Assembly (NCBI GenBank): GCA_003163875.1
Contig: PLRK01000100.1
Span: 10,739 to 74,738, forward strand
DNA length: 64,000 nt
Source: Acidimicrobiaceae bacterium
Lineage (GTDB): Bacteria; Actinomycetota; Acidimicrobiia; Acidimicrobiales; RAAP-2
Direction of reading: 5' to 3'
Position 1 is the first letter of the stretch. Every line of letters begins with the position of its first letter. The position numbers and the translations under genes are program-made. Below the pieces are notes generated by a model that searched no databases, was not told the origin of the DNA, and saw nothing but the letters and a program-made list of their open reading frames with translations. Positions 46,883-56,836 of the stretch are shown here, piece after piece.

Positions 46883-48322
46883 TCAGTCGCTTTGGAGCAA
46901 GTTCAACGCCCCCGTGACGACACCGAGCCCGAGCAGAGTGGCGGACGAAGCGATTGGCTTTGAAGGGTTCTCGAGCATCGCGACGACGACGAAGGTTTTG
47001 CCGGCTTTGTCTCGGGCAAGGTACCCGAGCGTCAACACACCCGGTTCTGAACCGCCCTTAAACCACACACGATTCCACGTGGTGGCGCTCAACGAAATGC
47101 CACCATTGTTGGTGTCGAGAATGGTGTTCAGCGGATTCAAACCTGGTTCACTTTCGAGTGACGAGAGTCCAGCAAAGGCGTGACAAATGTCTTGAGGTGA
47201 TGCGAACCACTCAATAGTGCCGACGTCGCGTGGACTTGTCGATGAGGTGATGTCGTTGTGTGGAATCTTGTCAACGGTCGACGTCAGGTACGCTGCGCGG
47301 CCACGTGCATTTAAGGCTAGGTAGTGGTTCGCGAGCGTTGGAAAATTGTGCCACTTGAGGGCAAAAAGCTCAGCGACGCTAAGAAAAGGATCGTCGAGTG
47401 CGGCGTGCGTTGACCATGCGTGCACCTGCGCTTCGACGGCGCTGGGACCTACGAGTGCGAGCAACATGTCCGCCGCCGTATTGTCACTCACCGAGATCAT
47501 GTCGATGGCCGTTTGTTCGACGCTGAGTGCCGTCCCATTCGGATCGCTCTGCAGTATGCCGCTACCCGAGACCTTGACCGCGCTGGTGACCATCAGCTTC
47601 TGATTCCAGCTGATGGCGTGGTCCTTCACCGCGTTGGCGAGTGCGCCCAAGACGAAGAGTTTGAACATTGATCCAAGCGGCCGAGGCGTATCAGCACTCA
47701 TCTCGTGCAGGTCGCTACACCTCCCGTGTGTTGTGAGTTGGGCGGCGAGAAAGCTGACGTCGGGTGCGGCGTTCTTGAGATCGGTGGTGATTTGGGACCA
47801 CGATGACACCTTGGGCGTAGGAATGGGGGCGGCGAGCGAAAAAAATAAACCCGAGATGAGGCCCTTCGCATCAACCATCAATTGAACGGCGTACTTGATT
47901 GAGCCAATCTTCACTCCGGCCTTCAACGAGGTCCGGGTGACATCCGAAAGACTCAGCAGGTTGATTTTGGAACCGGTGGATCCGAGGCTTTCAAAAGCCT
48001 GATTCAACTTGGCGACAGGTTCTTCGTCCACGAACGTCGCGTCGAAGTGAGCGGATTCCTCCTTGGCCGTGAGTGGCAATACCGACGAGATACCAAGCAA
48101 CCACGTTAACTGCTTTCCTACGGGGCTCGTAGGGGTGACAGTGTGAAGCGCGCTTCTTGACGAATGCGGACGGGTGGACGTTGAGTCAACGGCGCTTGCC
48201 GGAACAGCGAGGCAGAGCGCTGTGGCGGTCGTCACAAGAACGCTGGCAAGAACGACGTGGAAGAGACCAGACCTACGCGACATGTGCGCTGAGAGATAGG
48301 AGAACTTCACGACACCTCTCAC
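46883..48322 (-). CDS. Secreted Cpe/LpqF-like serine hydrolase (class A beta-lactamase-like fold)
   Basis: Signal peptide; N-terminal domain; GSMFK (SxxK), ISVSDN (SDN), FKGGSEPG. Confidence 0.82.
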   Translation of the reverse strand: MRGVVKFSYLSAHMSRRSGLFHVVLASVLVTTATALCLAVPASAVDSTSTRPHSSRSALHTVTPTSPVGKQLTWLLGISSVLPLTAKEESAHFDATFVDEEPVAKLNQAFESLGSTGSKINLLSLSDVTRTSLKAGVKIGSIKYAVQLMVDAKGLISGLFFSLAAPIPTPKVSSWSQITTDLKNAAPDVSFLAAQLTTHGRCSDLHEMSADTPRPLGSMFKLFVLGALANAVKDHAISWNQKLMVTSAVKVSGSGILQSDPNGTALSVEQTAIDMISVSDNTAADMLLALVGPSAVEAQVHAWSTHAALDDPFLSVAELFALKWHNFPTLANHYLALNARGRAAYLTSTVDKIPHNDITSSTSPRDVGTIEWFASPQDICHAFAGLSSLESEPGLNPLNTILDTNNGGISLSATTWNRVWFKGGSEPGVLTLGYLARDKAGKTFVVVAMLENPSKPIASSATLLGLGVVTGALNLLQSD

Positions 48323-48471
48323 CCGTGCAACTCGTCGACGACCGTTGCTCGAATCTTAGGGGTGTGGTTGTGTTCAAACGATCCATATGATTCGCGTCAA
48401 CTTGCTCGAACACTGCGCTGAAATCTGAATTGACCCTATCGCTGGGATCGCCCGGAATCTATGCTGTCGCG

Positions 48472-48942
48472 ATGGCGAAGCTCTCAACTTGTCTTTGGTT
48501 CGATGGACAGGCGGACGAGGCGGTGGCGTTTTATACGTCCATTTTTCCAAATTCCAAGAGAATGGGTGATGCAGAGTACGGGCCCGACACTCCAGGGGAG
48601 GAAGGTTCCACTATGGTGGTCGACTTTGAGCTCGACGGACGACCCTTCATGGCGTTGAATGGAGGACCGGAATTTCACTTCACGCCGGCAGTTTCATTGG
48701 TGATCAATTGCGGCTCGCAAGAAGAGGTTGACTACTACTGGAATCGATTGGTCGAAGGCGGGACACCAGTGCAGTGCGGGTGGTTGGCGGATCGTTTCGG
48801 TTTATCGTGGCAGATCGTTCCGACGCGACTGGGTGAGCTCATGAGCGCTGCGGACCCCGAAGCGAGAAACCGGGTGATGCAGGCGATGCTGAAAATGGTA
48901 AAACTCGACATCGCTGAACTTGAAGCGGCGGCGAAACAATAG
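48472..48942 (+). CDS. VOC-family protein (PhnB / 3-demethylubiquinone-9 methyltransferase-like)
   Basis: CLWFDGQADEA..FY.SIF, ALNGGPEF.FTPAVS, CGWLADRFGLSWQIVP; leaderless-type start at 48472. Confidence 0.92.
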   Translation: MAKLSTCLWFDGQADEAVAFYTSIFPNSKRMGDAEYGPDTPGEEGSTMVVDFELDGRPFMALNGGPEFHFTPAVSLVINCGSQEEVDYYWNRLVEGGTPVQCGWLADRFGLSWQIVPTRLGELMSAADPEARNRVMQAMLKMVKLDIAELEAAAKQ

Positions 48943-48949
48943 ATTTTTG

Positions 48950-49285
48950 GGTAGTGGGTCAGTTCGGCCCGTTGCTGGCTGCGACCAGCTGGGCTCTACC
49001 GGCCCCAAGGATGTTACGAGCGGCATTGACGTCGGCGTGGTCCTCGCGACCACAACGCCGATTGGCCCGCTTATCGCTTTATCGAGCACGCAAGTCGACC
49101 CCTGCGCCGTTGGTGACGTCATGGATGATCGTGGTTGGCACCTCACTCGAAATACCAATCCAATTGGACTTCGTCTCATGTTGTCGCCCGCACCCCGTGA
49201 CGTTGTTGACGAGGTGCTCGCCACCTTGCGATTTGCGATGGACCAACACACCGCGAGCCTCGACAAACCGGTTCGTGATGCCTGA
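48950..49285 (+). pseudogene. Remnant of a group II PLP-dependent decarboxylase/lyase (sphingosine-1-phosphate-lyase-like), C-terminus only
   Basis: Frame reads PIGPLIALSSTQVDPCAVGDVMDDRGWHLTRNTNPIGLRLMLSPAPRDVVDEVLATLRFA, resembling that family's C-terminal domain as I recall it; no room for the catalytic domain after the VOC stop. Confidence 0.55.
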
Positions 49286-49317
49286 CGGTGGGGGGACGCC
49301 GCCAGGCATCACGAACC
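49270..49317. terminator. Strong hairpin between convergent genes
   Basis: 15-bp perfect stem GGTTCGTGATGCCTG (49270-49284) / CAGGCATCACGAACC (49303-49317). Confidence 0.7.
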
Positions 49318-50597
49318 TACTGGGCGGGACCTGACGCTAATTGGAGCGACAGCGTCGACGAGGTGCCGCTCGTCGTGACGTAACCAATCTGCACTGAATC
49401 GCCAGGTTTCAGCGCTTCCAAGATGTTCTCGACTTCGAGGGATGTCGTGACGCTCTGTCCGTCGATGGAAGTGATGATGTCCCCTGACACGAGGGCCGTT
49501 GACGCGGCGGGCGTACCGGAGATCAATCCGACGATTTCGACACCACTGGTGCTGGGTGTTCCGTAGTTGTACTGACCAATAGTGCTGGTGGGTTCGATCT
49601 CGACTCCCATGAACGCGGTCGCTCCGATATGAACGGTGCTGGAAGCGTCGCCTTTTTCAATTGACTTGGCAATTCTCAACGCCGTGTCGATAGGAATGCT
49701 GTAGGCCTGCGTGTTGGTGGAGGTGAAGTTCTCGAAGCCAAATCCCCCACCGGTTTCGGACGCGGCGGTGTCCATACCCACTACTTTTCCTGTCGTGGTG
49801 ACGAGCGGTCCGCCAGAATCTCCGGGCTGGATGTTGGCATTGGTCTCGATCATGCCGCTTAACTGCTCTGCTCCAGTGGCGCTCTCTGAATCACTCGCGG
49901 TAAGTGATTGGTCGAGGGCGGTCACCGATCCAGCCGCGACACTAGGAGTGCCACCAGCGCCGCCCGCATTGCCAATACCCACGACGGCTTCTCCCGCTTT
50001 GACAAGGCTGGAATTTCCGGTCGAGACTGTCCTAAGTCCTGATGCGTCTTTCAATTGCAAGACGGCGACGTCTTTGGCAGCGTCGTATCCAACCACCGTT
50101 GCGGTGTATACCTTTCCGTTACCCACGTCGCGTGCGGTGATTGACGTGGCGCCTTCTATGACGTGATTATTGGTCAAGACGAGACCCTTGGACGTGAGGA
50201 CCATGCCGGTGCCGGCGGCCTCGCTCTCTTGGTAGGACAGACTCGTGTTGATGTCGACGAGCCCTGGGTCAACGATTTTGGCCGCCGCCGCCGCTGCGGC
50301 GTCAGCCTTCGACGACGAGCCGCCCGAGGATGAACCACCGGACGGCGTCGATGGGATCGTGAAGTTGCCAAATCCCTCAAAAGGGAAATTGCTGTTGGAC
50401 GCGCTGGGGTGGGTGGTCTGCGTCGATGACGACGTGATGACATAGTGCCCAAAAATGAACCCGAATCCGGCAATCGCGATGACGAGGACAATCGCAGCGA
50501 AAAAATGGAGTCGCACGTGTCCCCGCCGTGATACCGCGACGATCGGTACCTCGTTGACGTGCTCTAGGTCGGGCTCGTTCTCAAAAGTCGGTTCCAT
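49317..50597 (-). CDS. Membrane-anchored S1C (HtrA-like) serine protease with PDZ domain
   Basis: TM helix, LTNNHVI, DVAVLQL, IQPGDSGGPL catalytic motifs; C-terminal PDZ. Confidence 0.94.
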   Translation of the reverse strand: MEPTFENEPDLEHVNEVPIVAVSRRGHVRLHFFAAIVLVIAIAGFGFIFGHYVITSSSTQTTHPSASNSNFPFEGFGNFTIPSTPSGGSSSGGSSSKADAAAAAAAKIVDPGLVDINTSLSYQESEAAGTGMVLTSKGLVLTNNHVIEGATSITARDVGNGKVYTATVVGYDAAKDVAVLQLKDASGLRTVSTGNSSLVKAGEAVVGIGNAGGAGGTPSVAAGSVTALDQSLTASDSESATGAEQLSGMIETNANIQPGDSGGPLVTTTGKVVGMDTAASETGGGFGFENFTSTNTQAYSIPIDTALRIAKSIEKGDASSTVHIGATAFMGVEIEPTSTIGQYNYGTPSTSGVEIVGLISGTPAASTALVSGDIITSIDGQSVTTSLEVENILEALKPGDSVQIGYVTTSGTSSTLSLQLASGPAQ

Positions 50598-50758
50598 ATG
50601 ATTCTCCTTTCAAAATCGACTTTGCTACTAGGGCAGTATTAGGGGGCAAAGTGAAGACGGAATTCACCGTCAATAAGAAGGTTCTAAAATTTTCCGCCGA
50701 AAATATTCAGACGCCGAATCCCTCGCATCGTCACGTGGGATTTCGATGCCCTGAATCG

Positions 50759-51292
50759 TCATGTCGCCCTTGGGAAACTTTGGACTTCTCGGTGGTAGCG
50801 CAGTCCAATCGACGCGGTTCTCGCGAAGCTTTCGACGACCGCGAGTGCGATCAGTGTGGTGAGGAGATACGTCGCGGGAGCGTTGTGTAACGCGGCGATC
50901 GAACGCTCGACGATTCGAAGTACTAACAGCACGGCGAGGAGGCCGTATTCCAAGGTGCTCCTGCGAAAAATGACGCTTTTAGCGTCGGGCACCGCACGGA
51001 CGTACATGGTGCGAGCGCGAGCGACGCCGAGGGGAACACCTGCGGCCGCTCCAACCAGGGCGAACAAGACGTGAACTACGTCGCGCGACATCAGTCCCCA
51101 CAACACGCCGCCAACGAAGACGATGCTGAGCAATGGGTCCAGCCACGTCATGAGGATCGGACGCTGTCGCTCCCCTTTGCTCAGCGATCCGGACTTGGTC
51201 TGGCGTACGCCGCGTCGTCGCAAGATACTCATGACGACGAGAAACGCCAGAAGGATGTACGCACCGACACCGTTAGAAGAAGAACCCGTCAC
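50759..51292 (-). CDS. CcdC/DUF1453-like membrane protein
   Basis: Several TM helices; R..R.Q...L...W..P and G...G..RA patterns. Confidence 0.6.
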   Translation of the reverse strand: MTGSSSNGVGAYILLAFLVVMSILRRRGVRQTKSGSLSKGERQRPILMTWLDPLLSIVFVGGVLWGLMSRDVVHVLFALVGAAAGVPLGVARARTMYVRAVPDAKSVIFRRSTLEYGLLAVLLVLRIVERSIAALHNAPATYLLTTLIALAVVESFARTASIGLRYHREVQSFPRAT

Positions 51293-51416
51293 CTCACCAG
51301 TTTTCCAGAAAGATTCTCGCGGCCGTGCAGGAGTTTTCTGATACGAGGGTCATGATTCGAATGACACGGGGGAATGGCTTTGGTCCAAGGAAATCCTTGC
51401 GATTACAGTTGCCACT

Positions 51417-51737
51417 GTGCGCAGCGAGAAGAGTGAGCGACGCAGGATTCACGCCGGCCTGGCGTTGGCTGAGACCATTTGCGTCTCGGCGTTCGTAGTC
51501 GAACTCCTGCGCGCCATCGGAGGTAACGGACTCTCGTGGGCCTACGTGTTTGAATGGCCACTCTTGGGTGCTTACGCCGTGTACATGTGGAAGAAACTCC
51601 TCGCGAGCGACGCCGCGGAACGACATCCGTCCCTCGAACCGACGCTCGTTGAACCAGACGACCCTCAACTCCAAGCGTGGAACGACTACTTGGTGCAGGT
51701 GCACGCGTTCGAAAACACGAAGGAGCAACCCCACTAG
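51417..51737 (+). CDS. Conserved actinobacterial small membrane protein
   Basis: Two TMs; GNGLSWAYVFEWPLLG and DDPQLQAWNDYL; TACAGT -10 element 7 nt before GTG. Confidence 0.72.
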   Translation: MRSEKSERRRIHAGLALAETICVSAFVVELLRAIGGNGLSWAYVFEWPLLGAYAVYMWKKLLASDAAERHPSLEPTLVEPDDPQLQAWNDYLVQVHAFENTKEQPH

Positions 51738-51837
51738 AGATGGATGTTGAAGGACCTTCTGCTCAACGTTTGACAGAAGTTCCATCAGCATTCTGGCCGG
51801 CCGCGGCGGCCATCATGACCACAACCGGCTTAGGCGA

Positions 51838-52137
51838 TCAACTCTCTTCGGGCTTCGCTTCGTCGCCGTCGCCTGTGCTGCCCGCACCGCTCAGAGGTCC
51901 GTACTGAGCCTCGTACGCTTTGAGCTCGCCGACCAGTCGCTCGGCCTCACTGGCGTTATCAGGCGCTGCGGTGCCCGAGCGTTGCGCGTAGAAGACTGCG
52001 CCGAGCTCGCGAAGGAGGCCGTCGGCTCGTCGACGCGCCTGCACATCCTCCAGTTTTGCCTGCCCGGCCTTTCCAGCTTCTTGTGCCTTCTGGGCCAGCT
52101 GGGTGGCCTGTGCCTTCACCTTGTCAATCAGTGCCAT
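51838..52137 (-). CDS. Hypothetical helical protein
   Basis: AAGGAG SD; amphipathic MALIDKVKAQA...RRADGLLRELG..FY. Confidence 0.72.
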   Translation of the reverse strand: MALIDKVKAQATQLAQKAQEAGKAGQAKLEDVQARRRADGLLRELGAVFYAQRSGTAAPDNASEAERLVGELKAYEAQYGPLSGAGSTGDGDEAKPEES

Positions 52138-52400
52138 GTTGCTTCTCCTTCTCCATCGCTTCGAATTTCACTTCCGGAACGTCACACCTGATCGCCCTAG
52201 TCTCGCGGGACGTCGTGGTCGAAAACGCCTCGAGGTGTGGTTGGACTTTGACACACCAACTTCGCTCCGTCACGGCAAGTGATGTTCGGGTCATTTCACA
52301 CCTCAATGTCGAACAGTACTTCGCGGAGCGATGCTTTGACCACTTGAAGATCGACGCACACTTGGTGCGAGCGGTGGCACTACGACGTACCAGGGTGACA

Positions 52401-52446
52401 AGAAAACGCGGGCCACCGACTCAATGGAGCGGCACCCGCGTTTTCT
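52401..52446. terminator. Probable bidirectional intrinsic terminator
   Basis: AGAAAACGCGGG/CCCGCGTTTTCT inverted repeat; the GC stem is followed by a U-tract on both strands. Confidence 0.7.
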
Positions 52447-52470
52447 CCTGAGGGGCATCGGTGATGAAAG

Positions 52471-52629
52471 TCAGGCCGCAATGAGCTCTTCTTCGTCGTC
52501 AAATTCGACCGAGAGTGGCGCCGCGGACCGTTCCCATTCATCGTGGTGCTTCATCGCCCACATGAGCGGGACCGTTGCGATCGCGATTCCGAGGATCATT
52601 AATGGGATGGTGAGGTAGAAAATTGTCAT
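52471..52629 (-). CDS. Small membrane protein (52 aa)
   Basis: MTIFYLTIPLMILGIAIATVPLMWAMKHH: TM helix + acidic tail; followed by the terminator. Confidence 0.55.
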   Translation of the reverse strand: MTIFYLTIPLMILGIAIATVPLMWAMKHHDEWERSAAPLSVEFDDEEELIAA

Positions 52630-52792
52630 AGTTCGAGCCAACCGCGAGAGCTGACGTACCTTTCCTTTCATTGTGTAGTGGCCAACGTTCTTGTTGACCA
52701 CTACACAATGGCGGGTGAAGGTGAGAATCCAGTGGGTGTGGCATAAGAGGTACGAAAGAATCGCCCTGCCGCTGCTTTTCTGCGGACTTTGA

Positions 52793-55036
<2,244 letters not shown>

Positions 55037-55549
55037 CTAGTTACTTTGATGGGTTGATTGCGATTGCTGTGGTGTCGCACGGCGATGATTTCGACGACGG
55101 GGCGTCGGCGTATCAAAGACGGTGGAGGTTCGACCTAGTTCTTGGCACGTAGGGCAGCGACCCCAATAGGCGACTTCGGCTTCGTCAATCTCGTAGCCCA
55201 TGTCGTTCGCGGCCACGAGACAGGGTGTTGAGCCAACAGCGCAGTCGACGTCGGCGACCTCACCGCAAATTCGACATACGACGTGATGATGATTGTCGGC
55301 GACGCGGTCTTCGTACAGGGCGGGTAGGCCTACCGGTTGTATTCGTCGAATGATGCCTCGACTGACAAGGACCCCGAGGGCGTCATAGACCGCCTGACGC
55401 GAAATTGCGCCGAGTTGGGTTTGCGCCAAAGAAATGACCTGCTCGGCGGTGATGTGAGGAGAACTCGACACCGCTCGTAGAACGGCCAATCGTTGGCCAG
55501 TCGCGTGGACTCCGTGTTCCCTGAGCAACGTGGCCGCGTCGGACGTCAT
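55037..55549 (-). CDS. furA: Fur-family regulator FurA (peroxide sensor)
   Basis: [23 protein letters not shown]...[16 protein letters not shown]; directly upstream of katG. Confidence 0.92.
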   Translation of the reverse strand: MTSDAATLLREHGVHATGQRLAVLRAVSSSPHITAEQVISLAQTQLGAISRQAVYDALGVLVSRGIIRRIQPVGLPALYEDRVADNHHHVVCRICGEVADVDCAVGSTPCLVAANDMGYEIDEAEVAYWGRCPTCQELGRTSTVFDTPTPRRRNHRRATPQQSQSTHQSN

Positions 55550-55554
55550 TGGTA

Positions 55555-55584
55555 TTGACTATATCAAAATTTAGACTCAGTCAA
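55555..55584 (-). promoter_or_regulatory. furA promoter and candidate FurA operator
   Basis: Minus strand TTGACT-gagtctaaatttt-ga-TATAGT, with an extended -10 (TGnTATAGT) 8 nt before ATG; bracketed by the TTGACT...AGTCAA inverted repeat. Confidence 0.6.
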
Positions 55585-55778
55585 GATGCGCAGGACTGTC
55601 ATCACTCGCTCGCGCCCGTCGACCAAGATTCGAGGCCCGGACGTTCACGCGGACTTCGCGACACGGAGCTCACTCTTCGCACTCAAAGTGATTGAATCGC
55701 CGACTCTCCTTCGGGTGACCCATACGCTGTGCAACGTCAACGCGCATCGAGGTTGACGAGGCTCGGAAGAGGAAAGCA

Positions 55779-56603
55779 ATGGCTCCAAAGGTTTGGTTCA
55801 TCACCGGAACGTCGCGCGGCTTCGGTCGCGAGTGGGCGATCGCGGCCCTCGAACGGGGTGACCAGGTCGCCGCCACCGCACGTGACGCCTCGACGCTCGA
55901 GGACCTCGTCGCTACCTATGGCGATTTGATTCTGCCGCTTGAACTTGACGTCAATGACCACTCGTCGGATTTCGCGGCCGTGGCGACAGCGCATGAACAT
56001 TTTGGACGACTCGATGTGGTCATCAATAATGCTGGCTATGGGCAGTTCGGCATGATCGAGGAATTGAGCGAAACCGAAGCGCGAGATCAGATCGAGACGA
56101 ACCTCTTTGGCGCCCTATGGATCACTCAGGCAGCACTCCCGTTTCTACGAGCGCAAGGAAGCGGGCACATCATCCAGGTCACCTCAATCGGAGGTATCAC
56201 TGCGTTCGGTGGTATCGGGATGTACCACGCGTCAAAATGGGCGCTCGAAGGCTTGACCCAGGCACTCGCACAAGAAGTGGCCGAGTTTGGCGTTCACGTG
56301 ACGTTGGTGGAGCCCGGTGGGTACGCCACGGATTGGGGTGGGTCCTCTGCTCGTCACGCTACGGCGAACCCGGCCTACGACGAACTTCGCGCTCGCACGA
56401 ACGCGTGGCGAGCGCGCCGTATGGCCAAACCCGGTGACCCGAAGGCGACTCGCGCGGCGATACTTACGATTGTCGATGCCGATGCGCCACCCCTTCGCGT
56501 GTTCTTTGGCGATGGCCCGCTCGCACTCGCGAGCGCCGACTACGAATCACGTCTGGCTCTCTGGCGCGAATGGGAGCCTTTGTCCGTTGCGGCGCACGGA
56601 TAG
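55779..56603 (+). CDS. SDR oxidoreductase (17beta-HSD-like)
   Basis: WFITGTSRGFG, NNAGYG, YHASKWALEG, EPGGYATD. Confidence 0.93.
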   Translation: MAPKVWFITGTSRGFGREWAIAALERGDQVAATARDASTLEDLVATYGDLILPLELDVNDHSSDFAAVATAHEHFGRLDVVINNAGYGQFGMIEELSETEARDQIETNLFGALWITQAALPFLRAQGSGHIIQVTSIGGITAFGGIGMYHASKWALEGLTQALAQEVAEFGVHVTLVEPGGYATDWGGSSARHATANPAYDELRARTNAWRARRMAKPGDPKATRAAILTIVDADAPPLRVFFGDGPLALASADYESRLALWREWEPLSVAAHG

Positions 56604-56836
56604 TCACGCCGATCGCGCCAGGATTTTCGCTCGGCGTCCCTTTGATGGGCGCGCGACGCTCTGCGCGTCTCGGACTCGTGCGTTGGCGAGCAAGGCCAAC
56701 GGACCTAGGACGTCGCGTCTAACGGACTGTGGTGTCAACATTAAAAGGTCGTCAATACCACTCCGATTGGACATCGAAGATACGTCATCGAGTGATGCAT
56801 TCGTGATGCGATGATGTCGAGAAATTTGGGTCACCT

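Noticed and set aside
55729-55758. Imperfect palindrome CGTCAAC-N10-GTTGACG upstream of the SDR gene, considered as a MerR-type operator
   Set aside because: No fitting -35/-10 with a long spacer and no merR gene nearby; too weak to call.
56640-56830. Possible c-di-GMP-I riboswitch upstream of the 14-repeat gene (GCAAGGCCAACGGACCTA)
   Set aside because: The first hairpin with GGCAAA and a GNRA tetraloop is missing and the 3' pairing strand does not fit; cmscan would settle it.
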